A stretch of DNA of 54,954 bases from an uncultured Clostridia bacterium (GTDB lineage: Bacteria > Bacillota > Clostridia > Christensenellales > CAG-917), in the NCBI GenBank assembly GCA_947382865.1, contig CANDBF010000004.1:1-54954 (forward strand). The letters run 5' to 3'. The translations under genes were made by a program, and so were the position numbers. Position 1 is the stretch's first letter, and each line of letters opens with the position of its first letter. The notes under the pieces were generated by a model. It searched no databases. It worked only from the letters and a program-made list of their open reading frames with translations, and was not told the origin of the DNA. Below, piece after piece: positions 19,312-32,214 of this stretch.

Positions 19312-21249
19312 TTATTTTATGACCTTGGTCGCAACCTCGACAAGAGCTTTCGCCACAAACGCGTCCACGCTCATAACGCCCAGATCACCCTCGCTGCGAT
19401 GGCGTACGGACACGACGCCCTGCTCCGCCTCCTTGTCGCCGATAACGAGAATGTACGGCACTTTTTCAAGCTGAGCCTCGCGGATTTTCTTGCCCAGCTT
19501 TTCGCTCCTCAAATCCGCCTCAGCGCGCAGACCCGCAGCAGATAGAACGTCCTTTATCTCTCTCGCCTTATCGACCGTTCTGTCCGTCAGAGACAGCACG
19601 CGCACCTGCTCGGGAGCGAGCCACATCGGGAACGCGCCGTTGTACTTTTCAATCAACATTCCGAGCGTGCGCTCGTAGCATCCGATAGAGCTTCTGTGGA
19701 TGATATAGGGCACCGCCTTTTCGCCGTTTTCGTCGATATAAATCATATCGAAGCGCTTTGCGAGCGAGAAGTCGATCTGCACGGTGAAAAGCGTATCCTC
19801 TTTTCCGTGCACGTTTCTGCCCTGCACGTCGAGCTTGGGTCCGTAGAACGCCGCCTCGCCCCATGCCTCTTCATAATTGATGCCTATGTCGTCGAGAATG
19901 GTTTTCATTGTGCTTTCGACCTTCTCCCATTCCTCTACGCTGCCGACGTACTTATCTGCATTCTTCGGGTCCCAACGGGAGAAACGATACCAGATGTCGT
20001 CGGATATTCCAAACACTCCCGCCAGATACTTGATAAGATCCACGCATCCCAAAAATTCTTTTTCCAACTGGTCGGGGGTGCATACTATGTGACCGTCGGC
20101 AAGCGTAAACTGGCGTATTCTGGTGAGTCCGTGCATTTCACCGCTCGCTTCCTTGCGGAATTCGGTTGCGGTTTCGGCATATCTCACGGGAAGGTCGCGA
20201 TAGCTTTTGAGTCCGTTTTTGTAGATTGTAAACTGCAACGGGCAGGTCATAGGACGCAGACACAGGATTTCGTCGTCGACGTCCTCGTCTCCGATGTAGA
20301 ACATCTTGTCCTTGTAGTGGTCCCAGTGTCCCGAGGTGATAAACAGATTGTTTTTGGTCATTATCGGCGTCTTTGTGAGTAGATAACCACGCTTTTGCTC
20401 CTCGTCCTCGACGAAGCGCTGCATAAGCTGGATAACTCTCGCGCCCTTAGGCATAATGAGGGGCAGACCCTGACCGATATTCTCGTCCGTCATAAAGAAG
20501 CCCAGCTCGCGTCCGACCTTGTTGTGGTCGCGGGATTTTGCCTCTTCCAACCTCTGAATATATTCCTCCAAATCGCTCTTCTTCTCGAAGCAGGTGCCGT
20601 ATATGCGGGTGAGCATCTTGTTTTTTTCGCTTCCTCTCCAATACGCGCCCGTAAGCGACGTGAGCTTGAACGCCTTAATTCTGCCCGTAGACGTAAGATG
20701 CGGACCGCTGCAAAGATCTATAAAATCGCCCTGCTGATAAAAGGATATTTCCTCTCCCTCGGGGATATCGGCAAGCAGCTCGGTCTTGTATATCTGCTTG
20801 GATTTGCGGATCAGCTTTTCCGCCTCTTCGCGGGAAAGCACGATGCGCTTGATGGGCAGATTGGCTTTTATGATACTCTTCATCTCCGCTTCGATTTTGT
20901 CGAAGTCGCTCTGATTAATCGGAGTTTTGAAATCGAAATCGTAATAAAATCCGTTATCCACGGCGGGACCTATTGCAAGCTGAACCGTCGGATAGATGTT
21001 TTTTACCGCCTGCGCGAGCACGTGCGAACAGGTGTGACGATATACGCGCTTGCCCTCCTCGCTGTCGAAGGTAAACACCTCGAAATTGCAATCCCTGTCG
21101 ATAAGGGTGTCCATCGATACGAGCTGACCGTCAATGCCGCATACGATTGCGGCTCTTGCAAGCCCCTCGCTTATCTGCTTTGCCGCTTCGTACGCGCTCA
21201 TCGCGCCTGCGAGCGACAGTTTGCTGCCGTCTTTTAGAGTAAGTTCCAT
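19312..21249 (-). CDS. thrS: Threonine--tRNA ligase
   Basis: TGS domain, editing domain (HTCSH, DLCSGPH), RDHNKVGREL, RPMTCP, HGLTRIRQFT, AAFYGPKLD, C-terminal anticodon-binding domain. Confidence 0.98.
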   Translation of the reverse strand: MELTLKDGSKLSLAGAMSAYEAAKQISEGLARAAIVCGIDGQLVSMDTLIDRDCNFEVFTFDSEEGKRVYRHTCSHVLAQAVKNIYPTVQLAIGPAVDNGFYYDFDFKTPINQSDFDKIEAEMKSIIKANLPIKRIVLSREEAEKLIRKSKQIYKTELLADIPEGEEISFYQQGDFIDLCSGPHLTSTGRIKAFKLTSLTGAYWRGSEKNKMLTRIYGTCFEKKSDLEEYIQRLEEAKSRDHNKVGRELGFFMTDENIGQGLPLIMPKGARVIQLMQRFVEDEEQKRGYLLTKTPIMTKNNLFITSGHWDHYKDKMFYIGDEDVDDEILCLRPMTCPLQFTIYKNGLKSYRDLPVRYAETATEFRKEASGEMHGLTRIRQFTLADGHIVCTPDQLEKEFLGCVDLIKYLAGVFGISDDIWYRFSRWDPKNADKYVGSVEEWEKVESTMKTILDDIGINYEEAWGEAAFYGPKLDVQGRNVHGKEDTLFTVQIDFSLAKRFDMIYIDENGEKAVPYIIHRSSIGCYERTLGMLIEKYNGAFPMWLAPEQVRVLSLTDRTVDKAREIKDVLSAAGLRAEADLRSEKLGKKIREAQLEKVPYILVIGDKEAEQGVVSVRHRSEGDLGVMSVDAFVAKALVEVATKVIK

Positions 21250-21318
21250 AAATACCTCCGCGCAATCAACCTCACAAAGGCTGTACGCATTTATTTTCGC
21301 TCTTTTGGAGCAAACACT

Positions 21319-21346
21319 ATTATATCACCCTGTGCTTCAAAGTCAA
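21319..21346 (-). promoter_or_regulatory. Probable sigma-A promoter of thrS
   Basis: Minus strand: TTGACT, 16 bp ending TGa, TATAAT. Confidence 0.6.
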
Positions 21347-21406
21347 ACCAAAATAGCGCCGCATTGCCGCTTTATTGCAAATTTACACGGCATTTTTTCT
21401 CCTCGC

Positions 21407-21435
21407 TTGACATTGCACGCGTACTGTGATAAATT
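21407..21435 (+). promoter_or_regulatory. Probable sigma-A promoter of pnuC
   Basis: TTGACA (21407-21412), 17 bp ending TGa, TAAATT. Confidence 0.65.
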
Positions 21436-21444
21436 TTTCTAAAC

Positions 21445-21540
21445 CCTATAACAACTGCTGCCACCGGGTAGCGCAATGCTCGGCATTCGTCGATACGTCG
21501 TTAGGTCTTAGAAGACGTATCATTCGGATGCCTATTTAAT
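21445..21540 (+). ncRNA. Candidate cis-regulatory leader (riboswitch-like) of pnuC; class not identified
   Basis: Hairpin CCGGGTA/TGCTCGG (21464-21483) overlaps a longer hairpin GGCATTCG..GATACGTC / GACGTATC..CGGATGCC (21482-21532), followed by a T-rich tail. Confidence 0.5.
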
Positions 21541-21550
21541 TTGAAAGCGA

Positions 21551-22342
21551 ATGAAAAATATACGACTTACAAATCCATTCAAATGCCTTAAAGCGCGCGA
21601 CTATGTTATATGGTCGGCGTCAATAGTCATAAATTTTATCGCCTTTGCGGTGACGGGCTTTAAGGATGCGCTGACCTTTGTATCCGCCGCAGTAGGTGTG
21701 ACTTGCCTTATCTTCAACGCAAAGGGACACGTGATAAGCCAGATTCTGGGCGTCATCTTCGCGATATTTTACAGCATAGTTTCCTATTTTCTGCACTATT
21801 ACAGCGAGTTTATCACCTACGCTTTTATGTCGGGACCTCTTGCACTGCTCTCTATTGTCAGCTGGCTGAAAAATCCCTACGGCAAAAGCGGTCAGGTCGC
21901 CGTCGCAAAGCTCACCAAATCCAAAATTGCAATTATGTGCGTTCTCACCGCCGCGGTTACGACGGCTTTCTTCTTCATACTGAGAGCGCTGAATACTCCC
22001 AATCTGGCGGTTAGCACCGTATCCATTGCGACGAGCTTCCTCGCCTGCTTCCTTTTGATGGTACGCTCGCCTTGGTTTGCAGTGGCGTATGCCGCAAACG
22101 ACATAGTGCTCATTGTACTTTGGGTGTTGGCGACTATCAAAGACGCGGCTTATCTGCCGATGGTGACTTGCTTTGCTATTTTCCTGTTCAACGACATATA
22201 CACCTTTATAAGCTGGTGCGCGATGAAGCGCAGGCAGACGGCGGGCGGCGATGGAAGCTCTTCGGATAATGACGCCGACAACCTGATTGCCGAACCGCAA
22301 GAAGAAGATAATAATATGACTTCCGATTCGGAAAGCGAATGA
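21551..22342 (+). CDS. pnuC: PnuC-family transporter (nicotinamide riboside or other vitamin/nucleoside)
   Basis: GVTCLIFNAKG, YYSEFITY, SWLKNPY, RSPWFAVAYAANDIVLI.LW, NDIYTFISW; multiple TM helices. Substrate is not certain. Confidence 0.82.
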   Translation: MKNIRLTNPFKCLKARDYVIWSASIVINFIAFAVTGFKDALTFVSAAVGVTCLIFNAKGHVISQILGVIFAIFYSIVSYFLHYYSEFITYAFMSGPLALLSIVSWLKNPYGKSGQVAVAKLTKSKIAIMCVLTAAVTTAFFFILRALNTPNLAVSTVSIATSFLACFLLMVRSPWFAVAYAANDIVLIVLWVLATIKDAAYLPMVTCFAIFLFNDIYTFISWCAMKRRQTAGGDGSSSDNDADNLIAEPQEEDNNMTSDSESE

Positions 22343-22375
22343 TTTCGATAATCTAAACGATTTATTATTTATAGT

Positions 22376-22422
22376 TTATGACAACAAAAAGGCGCGATGT
22401 TCGCGCCTTTTTGTTGTCATAA
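22376..22422. terminator. Bidirectional terminator with a 22-bp perfect stem
   Basis: TTATGACAACAAAAAGGCGCGA-tgt-TCGCGCCTTTTTGTTGTCATAA between convergent pnuC and GH2 genes. Confidence 0.85.
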
Positions 22423-22435
22423 TTCATCGTACTGA

Positions 22436-25471
<3,036 letters not shown>

Positions 25472-25541
25472 TTATCTTTGCCGTTTATTTTTGCTTTCTA
25501 GCATTAAAGGCGCTTTATGCGCCTTATTGCGCCTGATAAAA

Positions 25542-26255
25542 TCATTTTTCAGGCACAAACAGTATTCTGCGGCAGTTAGGACACTCCGCATAGTCTCCCG
25601 CGTTTCTCAGCTTTGAACAAACGTTGTTGGGAACCTCCATATAACAGCGTCCGCACATTTTGCGGGCGGGGTCGTACTCAACGAACGCGGGCATTTTTTT
25701 CGTAGCGCGCAAAGACTGGTACGTCTCCATAAGAGGCGCGGGAATCTCCTTTTGCAGCGCGTCCAGATTTTTCTTTATCTCGACGACTCGTGGCTGACGT
25801 TCTCCTACAAACGAATTGTACTCCGTCTTCGCGGCGTTATACGCCTCGCTTGCCTTTACGCCCTGCTCCCACGTCTTCTTATAGCTGTCGTTCACCTGAT
25901 CTATTCTGGAAGCCGCAGAGCTCGCCTCCTTTTCCAGCGCGCCTATCTTCTCCGCGATTGCTGTCACGAGTTTGAGATAGTGCTCCGCCTCTCCTACGTC
26001 CTGAACGTCGTCGAGAATGCCGTCGAACTCGTCCAATTCGCTTTTGAGAGCGTCTATTCTCTCCTTCATGGAAGCATATCCGCCCAGCAGCTCGTTCGCC
26101 TCGGCTTTGAGTTTGCCGATCGTATTCGTCGCCGTGTCCAGACTCTTTTTGGCAAGTACGAATTTTTGTCTCACGTCGCTCTTTGCGACCTCAGCTTCGA
26201 GCGCGAGTAGTTCCTGATCCACCTTCTGATACTTCAAAATCTTGTCGAATTTCAT
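25542..26255 (-). CDS. Coiled-coil protein with C-terminal C4 zinc ribbon (DUF164/CT398-like)
   Basis: Long heptad region, then CGRC...CPNCRRIL; usual position downstream of nif3. Confidence 0.85.
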   Translation of the reverse strand: MKFDKILKYQKVDQELLALEAEVAKSDVRQKFVLAKKSLDTATNTIGKLKAEANELLGGYASMKERIDALKSELDEFDGILDDVQDVGEAEHYLKLVTAIAEKIGALEKEASSAASRIDQVNDSYKKTWEQGVKASEAYNAAKTEYNSFVGERQPRVVEIKKNLDALQKEIPAPLMETYQSLRATKKMPAFVEYDPARKMCGRCYMEVPNNVCSKLRNAGDYAECPNCRRILFVPEK

Positions 26256-27001
26256 ATTTCCTCCAACAGCCTGAAAGGACTGTTCTGTTTTGCTTTTATA
26301 ATTTTTATTTGCGCCCCGTCAAGCGCGGCTTTAAGAATATCCTGCATAATTATTTCGCTCGAAAAGTGCGAGTATTCCGCAAGGGGAAATGCGTCGCCGA
26401 GCGCGTCGATATAATTGTGGTGCTTCAAATCCCCCGTCAGCAATGCGTCCGCGCACTCTCTCGCTCTCCCGTACTCACTTGCGCCGCTTCCGCTCACGGC
26501 GTAAACGCGGGATATTTTCGCATTCGGGTCTCCGACTATTCGCACGCTCCTGTCGTCAAGCCTCTGCGCCATGGTCTTCGCAAATGCGCCTAGAGTCTGC
26601 GGCTCTATATCGAATACGACTCCGCATCCGTCAAGGCTCGCGTTTTTTCCGAGCAAATCCGCAAGCGCGCGGTTTATGCCCTTTTCCGCCTTGTCCAGAT
26701 TCGTATGCATTGAGTAGACCGCGATACCGTTTTTCAGAAGCGCCGCAATCTGCCTGCCCTTTGCCGTATCCAAGTCTATTCTGTTTATCGGACGGAATAT
26801 GAAGGGATGATGCGTGACGATAATATTGCATCCCTCCTCAATCGCCTGCTCTATCACGCCGTCGGTGATGTCGAGCGCGAGCATAACGCCGCTGCACTCG
26901 CCGCTTGTTCCGCCGACCATAAGCCCTACGTTGTCCCACTCCTCGGCAAGAGACGGCGGGGCGAATTTTTCCAGCATAACTATAACTTCGGATATTTTCA
27001 T
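26252..27001 (-). CDS. Nif3-like dinuclear metal centre protein (YbgI/YqfO)
   Basis: AEEWDNVGL, VTHHPFIF, YSMHTNLD, TGDLKHH, HFSSE. Confidence 0.93.
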   Translation of the reverse strand: MKISEVIVMLEKFAPPSLAEEWDNVGLMVGGTSGECSGVMLALDITDGVIEQAIEEGCNIIVTHHPFIFRPINRIDLDTAKGRQIAALLKNGIAVYSMHTNLDKAEKGINRALADLLGKNASLDGCGVVFDIEPQTLGAFAKTMAQRLDDRSVRIVGDPNAKISRVYAVSGSGASEYGRARECADALLTGDLKHHNYIDALGDAFPLAEYSHFSSEIIMQDILKAALDGAQIKIIKAKQNSPFRLLEEI

Positions 27002-27669
27002 TTATTCCTCCGTTTACGCGCGTTGCTCAGCGCGGATTCGAGCAGATTTATTCTCTTTTCAAGCTCCGCGTCGTAATGACGTGACAGGATATTCTTCTTA
27101 AATTCGAGCTCTTGCGCGGCTACTTTCTCGAAGCTGTCGCTTTCGTCGTAAAAAGCCCCGAACAACATCCTCAGCTCGTCTAGAGTCTGCTCCCCCTCTT
27201 CCGCTTTGAGCACGGTGTAGCGCTTGCCGCCGCATTCCACAGCGTCGTCGCACACAATCCTGTACTTTTGCCTTATAAGCTCCCTGCGCACCTTTTCGGG
27301 ATGAGTATTTGGCGAGAGCACGAAGTGCGAAAACCTCTTCCCATCCGCCGCCGCGCCCGCGAGTATTTCGGATATGACGTCGCCGCCGAGACCCGCAATC
27401 ACGACCGTATCCGCCTCTCTGTCCGCGACGGGAGACAGTCCGTCTCCCAGCCTTGTAGACATAATTTCGGATACGCCGTTGTCACGCGCGAGCTCTCTCG
27501 CCTTTTTCAGGCTACCCTCGCTTATATCCGTCGCGATAACCGCACTCGCTCTGTCCGTGCCTATCAGATAATATCCGAGCTTGCCGTGATCGCACCCTAC
27601 GTCCGCGACGGTGCCGTAGTCCACAAGCGACGCTATGCGCGCAAGCCTTTCGTCAAGCCGTATGGGCAT
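26998..27669 (-). CDS. trmK: tRNA (adenine(22)-N1)-methyltransferase
   Basis: RLARIA, ADVGCDHG, RLGDGL, IAGLGG; located between rpoD and nif3. Confidence 0.9.
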   Translation of the reverse strand: MPIRLDERLARIASLVDYGTVADVGCDHGKLGYYLIGTDRASAVIATDISEGSLKKARELARDNGVSEIMSTRLGDGLSPVADREADTVVIAGLGGDVISEILAGAAADGKRFSHFVLSPNTHPEKVRRELIRQKYRIVCDDAVECGGKRYTVLKAEEGEQTLDELRMLFGAFYDESDSFEKVAAQELEFKKNILSRHYDAELEKRINLLESALSNARKRRNK

Positions 27670-28715
27670 TAGTCGAAGTCCTTCAGCTTTTTGAGTCTGT
27701 TGGGGTGGCGGAGCTTACGCAGAGCCTTTGCCTCTATCTGACGGATTCGCTCTCTCGTAACGTTGAATTCGCGTCCGACCTCTTCGAGCGTTCTGGGATG
27801 GCTGTCGTCAAGACCGTAGCGCAGTCTGAGCACCTTTTCCTCGCGCGGAGTGAGCGTATTGAGCACCTGAATAAGCTGTTCTTTTAGCATATTGCTTTCC
27901 GCAACGTCGCTAGGCGACAGCGCGGTGTTGTCCTCTATAAAGTCGCCGAGATGGCTGTCCTCTTCCTCGCCTATCGGGGTTTCAAGCGACACGGGGTCCT
28001 GCGCTATCTTCTGTATTTCGCGCACTCGCTCCTCGGAGCAGCCCAGATGCGCCGCTATCTCCTCGGGAGAGGGCTCTCTGCCCAGCTTTTGAAGCAGCTG
28101 TCTTGTCGCGCGCACCTGCTTGTTTATAGTTTCCACCATATGCACGGGGATACGTATAGTCCTCGCCTGATCGGCTATCGCGCGGGTTATCGCCTGCCTT
28201 ATCCACCAAGTGGCGTACGTCGAGAACTTGAAGCCCTTTTTATAGTCGAACTTCTCCACCGCCTTCATAAGCCCGAGGTTGCCCTCCTGTATAAGGTCGA
28301 GGAACTGCATTCCGCGCCCGACGTACCTTTTTGCGATAGAAACGACGAGCCTAAGGTTGGCTTCGCTCAGAATGTGCTTGGCTTCCTCGTCGCCTTCCTC
28401 CATACGCTTTGCAAGCTCGATTTCCTGCTCGGCGGAAAGAAGCGGCACCTTGCCTATCTCTTTGAGATAGATTTTGACGGAGTCGTCTATGGAGCTGTCG
28501 ATAATCTTGTCAAGCTCTATCGTCTCCTCCTCATGCATCTCCTCAACCTTGACGTTTTCCGCCCGCAAGGTGTTGAACACCAGCTCCATATCCTCGGCGG
28601 TGGCGTTGAGATGCTCGAGCTTCGCCATAATATCGTCCTCTGTGACGGAGCCCTTTTCTCTTCCCATAGCGACTATTCTGTCTATCTCCAACTTCAACAG
28701 CTGCTCTCTGTCCAT
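27669..28715 (-). CDS. rpoD: RNA polymerase primary sigma factor SigA
   Basis: [54 protein letters not shown]. Start at the ATG at 28715 after GGAGG. Confidence 0.97.
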   Translation of the reverse strand: MDREQLLKLEIDRIVAMGREKGSVTEDDIMAKLEHLNATAEDMELVFNTLRAENVKVEEMHEEETIELDKIIDSSIDDSVKIYLKEIGKVPLLSAEQEIELAKRMEEGDEEAKHILSEANLRLVVSIAKRYVGRGMQFLDLIQEGNLGLMKAVEKFDYKKGFKFSTYATWWIRQAITRAIADQARTIRIPVHMVETINKQVRATRQLLQKLGREPSPEEIAAHLGCSEERVREIQKIAQDPVSLETPIGEEEDSHLGDFIEDNTALSPSDVAESNMLKEQLIQVLNTLTPREEKVLRLRYGLDDSHPRTLEEVGREFNVTRERIRQIEAKALRKLRHPNRLKKLKDFD

Positions 28716-28734
28716 AAACTCCTCCTGTGTGGCC

Positions 28735-30507
28735 TTATAGTTTTTCCCCAACGGATTTTGATTTCAATTTTTTTTGCAATGCGGCGATTTCGTTTACCGT
28801 AGCTTTTTTCTCCTCCGCGTCGGAAAGAGAATTATAAGCCGCTTTAAGCTCTGCGAGCCTCGCGCTCAGATACTCGTTGGCAAGCGTAAGCACGCAATCG
28901 ACGTAGTACTCCTCTTCCTTCGCCTTGCTTGCAAAGCCCAGATTTATGTCGAGCACGGCGTTTATCTCGGCATCGTCGATATAGTTGTACATCTGCCCGA
29001 CGTTGAAGCCGCCCTTGGGGACGGAAAGCGCATATTCGTACACCGCTCTGTGCACGTCGCTTGCAAACCAGTCCTTATTAAGCGCGGATAAATCCGCATA
29101 CGCGGCATTGTCCATAATCCTGCTTATGACAAACCTCGAAGCGCGCATTGCCTTTGTCGATTTATCGGAAACCATCTGCGGCTTCGCCTCCTGCGCTTTC
29201 AGAGACGCCGAGGAATCCAGCTCGTCGCGCAAGGTGCCGACGGATACGCGGCTAAGTTTGGATACGTTTTCGAGATAAACCTCGCGCTCGGAGCGGCTCT
29301 CTATCGTTCTGAGCACCCTCAAAGCCGCCTGCACGTATTTCGCCCTGCCGTCTACCGAACCCAGCTCGCATGCGTCCGCGCATAGCTTGAGCTTGTATTC
29401 GATGACGGGCAATGCCTCTTTTATGCGCTTCAAAAAAACCTCTTTCCCGTCCTCGCGCACTGTTTCGTCGGGGTCCTTGCCGTCTTCCAGCGATACGACG
29501 CGCACGTCGAGCCCGCAGTTTACGAGAGGCTCCACGTTTTTGACGGTGGCTTTCCTGCCCGCGCCGTCGCCGTCGTAGCAGACGTAAACCTTGGGCACAA
29601 GCCTTTTAAGCTCCCGCGCCTGTCCCTCGGTGAGCGCGGTGCCCATACCCGCAACCGCGTTGCGGATACCCGCCGCGCCGAGAGATATGACGTCCATATA
29701 GCCCTCGACGAGTAAAAGTTCCTGATACGCCTCACCCGCGCGCTTGTCCTGCTTGACGTAATTCACGCCGTATATCGTCCTGCCCTTGTCGAAGAGGACG
29801 GTGTTTGTGGAATTTTTGTATTTCGCGACGTCCGTCTCTCCGTGATACACTCTTCCGCCGAACGCCACGACCTCGTTCATTGAATTTATAATCGGAACTA
29901 TAATCCTGTTTGCAAATGAATCTGACGGACGGTCTACGCCGCCGATAAGACCGCAGTCCAACAGGTCTTTGAGCGCGTAGCCCTTCAAGCGCAGGTATCT
30001 CACCATACTGTCGTAATCGAGGGACAGTCCCAGTCCGTAGCGGTGAGAGGTCTCTTCGTTTATGCCGCGGTTTTCGAGATAAGCCCTCGCCTCTCTGCCC
30101 TTATCGGGGTCTGTAAGATTGTTCCTGTAATACCTCGCCGCGTCGCGCATCAGCTGTTTGAGCACCGCCGAGCGTTCCTTTTTCTCTGTGTAATGGGGGT
30201 CGATTTTGATCTCGGGAAGCTGCATCCCCGCCTTTTCGGCAAGATACTTCACCGCGTCGAAGAAGCTCATCGACTCCATTTCCATCACGAATTTTATAAC
30301 GTCGCCGCTAACTCCGCATCCGAAGCAGTGATAAAAGCCGCTGTCCTGATTTACGCAGAAAGACGGAGTCTTTTCGCCGTGAAAGGGACAGCACGCAAAA
30401 TACCGCCCGCCCTTCCTTTGAAGGGGCACGTATTGCGATATGATTTCCACAATATCGGTTTTGTACTTTAACTCCTCCATAAATTCGGGAGTGAAACCTT
30501 GAGCCAT
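28735..30507 (-). CDS. dnaG: DNA primase
   Basis: [16 protein letters not shown] Zn domain, FGGR, KYKNS, TOPRIM VEGYMDV / YDGDGAG / KDPDE. Start at 30507 (MAQGF). Confidence 0.97.
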   Translation of the reverse strand: MAQGFTPEFMEELKYKTDIVEIISQYVPLQRKGGRYFACCPFHGEKTPSFCVNQDSGFYHCFGCGVSGDVIKFVMEMESMSFFDAVKYLAEKAGMQLPEIKIDPHYTEKKERSAVLKQLMRDAARYYRNNLTDPDKGREARAYLENRGINEETSHRYGLGLSLDYDSMVRYLRLKGYALKDLLDCGLIGGVDRPSDSFANRIIVPIINSMNEVVAFGGRVYHGETDVAKYKNSTNTVLFDKGRTIYGVNYVKQDKRAGEAYQELLLVEGYMDVISLGAAGIRNAVAGMGTALTEGQARELKRLVPKVYVCYDGDGAGRKATVKNVEPLVNCGLDVRVVSLEDGKDPDETVREDGKEVFLKRIKEALPVIEYKLKLCADACELGSVDGRAKYVQAALRVLRTIESRSEREVYLENVSKLSRVSVGTLRDELDSSASLKAQEAKPQMVSDKSTKAMRASRFVISRIMDNAAYADLSALNKDWFASDVHRAVYEYALSVPKGGFNVGQMYNYIDDAEINAVLDINLGFASKAKEEEYYVDCVLTLANEYLSARLAELKAAYNSLSDAEEKKATVNEIAALQKKLKSKSVGEKL

Positions 30508-30722
30508 CGATTGTCCTACTTTTCCCCATTCAACAGTGACGTTAAACGGAGACCCCGAGATTTTCCCCCACAAACAGGGACGTTTTTACACAATCAAACG
30601 CGGCGGTTTGACGGAGACCCCATGCGGGACTCCATTATAGTAAACTAAATATATATACGTCTAAATATTATATTATTCCTAAATTTTCCGAAAAATATAA
30701 TCAAAAATCGATATAAAACGAA

Positions 30723-30746
30723 ACGGGAGCGCAAAAGCGCTCCCGT
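30723..30746 (-). terminator. Intrinsic terminator
   Basis: ACGGGAGCGC-aaaa-GCGCTCCCGT, followed by T-rich sequence on the minus strand. Confidence 0.7.
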
Positions 30747-30767
30747 CATATATCCTAAAAATGGCTA

Positions 30768-32018
30768 TTACTGTTCTCTTATTATATCCGTCATACCGTA
30801 GTTTTTGACCTGTCCCACGAGCTTGAACGCCTCGTCGTAATTCTTTTGAGGGGCTCCCGCGTGAACGTAAGTCTTTCTTGTTATGACGAAGAAGAATTTG
30901 CCGTTTTCCGCGTCTATGGAATATTCTCCGACCATTACGTGAGTCTTGAATCGGGCTATTGCGCGCTTGCAGTATTCCAAGGACCTGTAATTGCTGCTCT
31001 CGTAAAGAGTGTTGCCCGACGGGTCGTACAGCGTATAATAGTATTCCTCGTTACCCTCCGCGTCCTTATCGTGCTCTATTACGTATTTGCCGTATATGAT
31101 AGCTTCGTCGAAGCCCTTGACCTTTTCGGGAGTTTTGCGCTCGTGCTTGGGAGTTTTAAGCGACAGGAAAGGTGCGGAAACCTTTTTGACGATAACCTCT
31201 TTCTTGTTCTTCTTTGCGGCGGCGTCGAGCTCGGCGCGCTTTGCCGCAAGTTTCGCCGCGACCTCGGGCGACGGCTCTCCCTCGTAATAGCAGGCGTCTT
31301 CGGGGTCGTAATACACTCCCTCGTAATCTCCGTCGTATCTCGACCAGTCGTCGGGCTTCTTCTTGGGAGTAACTTTCTTAGCCGCTTTCTTGGGCTTTGC
31401 AGGCTCTTCCGCAACTTCGACGGGCTCGGGCTTCTTTTCTTCAACCGCTACGGGCTCGACAACGGGTGCGGGGTCCAGTTCTTTGACGGGCTCCGACTCG
31501 ACAACAGGCTCGGACACGGGTTCGATGATAGGCTCGGGCACGGGTTCCGGAGCAGGCTCGGAAATCGGTTCCTCCTTTACGGATTCGAGTACGGGTTCGG
31601 AAACGGTTTCCTGAACGGGAGGCTCCTCTCTGACGGGCTCCGGCGCCGTCTCCTGTACGGGAACTACGACGGGCTCCGGCACGGGTGCGGGAGCTTGCTC
31701 GGGAGCAGACTCTCTTACGATGACGACTTGCTTTTCGGAATCCAGCTCGCCTTTCAGACGGCGTTTGGAGCGCAACCTGTCCTTCATATCGGCTATCTGC
31801 TGATTGAGGCGCATTTCCTCGCCCGTAATGCCGTATTCGGCAAAAAACTCGTCCTCCTGTCTGTCCTCCAAATCGTCCTTATGCTCTTTGAGAGACTTGA
31901 TACCGTTCAATATGACAACGACAAGAATAGCTACGGCGGCAAGCGCCACAGCAATCACCACTATCAGCGCCGCTACGCCTTCAAGTGCTCCGAATGTAAA
32001 GTTTTCAATAAATCCCAT
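30768..32018 (-). CDS. Single-pass membrane protein with Pro/Glu-rich linker and DUF1508/YegP-like C-terminal domain
   Basis: N-terminal TM, PEPV/EEP repeats, C-terminal GKYVI...YYYTLYDPSGNTLYESSNYRS...CKRAI resembling YegP-type repeats. Start at the ATG at 32018. Confidence 0.7.
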   Translation of the reverse strand: MGFIENFTFGALEGVAALIVVIAVALAAVAILVVVILNGIKSLKEHKDDLEDRQEDEFFAEYGITGEEMRLNQQIADMKDRLRSKRRLKGELDSEKQVVIVRESAPEQAPAPVPEPVVVPVQETAPEPVREEPPVQETVSEPVLESVKEEPISEPAPEPVPEPIIEPVSEPVVESEPVKELDPAPVVEPVAVEEKKPEPVEVAEEPAKPKKAAKKVTPKKKPDDWSRYDGDYEGVYYDPEDACYYEGEPSPEVAAKLAAKRAELDAAAKKNKKEVIVKKVSAPFLSLKTPKHERKTPEKVKGFDEAIIYGKYVIEHDKDAEGNEEYYYTLYDPSGNTLYESSNYRSLEYCKRAIARFKTHVMVGEYSIDAENGKFFFVITRKTYVHAGAPQKNYDEAFKLVGQVKNYGMTDIIREQ

Positions 32019-32214
32019 CAATGTCCCCCGCTGAAATTTACTATATTTCAATAAGATATTTTATCACATTAAGTTTGCGCGCGCAATATCTTTTTATTTT
32101 TTTCTTAATAGTAAAATATGTTACGAAACGTCCGAATTGCATATAATTGCGAAATTTCCTCGTATAACAACGGAATTTCAACAATCCGCGACGGACTGCT
32201 CCCCAATGTCGCGC

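Noticed and set aside
21250-21320. T-box leader for thrS
   Set aside because: The promoter is only ~65 bp from the start and no GGTGGNACCGCG T-box sequence is present.
28716-30573. Longer N-termini given in the ORF track (rpoD, dnaG; also whiA, PHP, ppa, EAL and others)
   Set aside because: Downstream starts have SD sequences or better match family N-termini; the extensions overlap neighbouring genes or promoters.
31410-31710. CRISPR-like periodic repeats
   Set aside because: Imperfect codon-phase repeats encoding Pro/Glu-rich peptide; no unique spacers and no cas genes.
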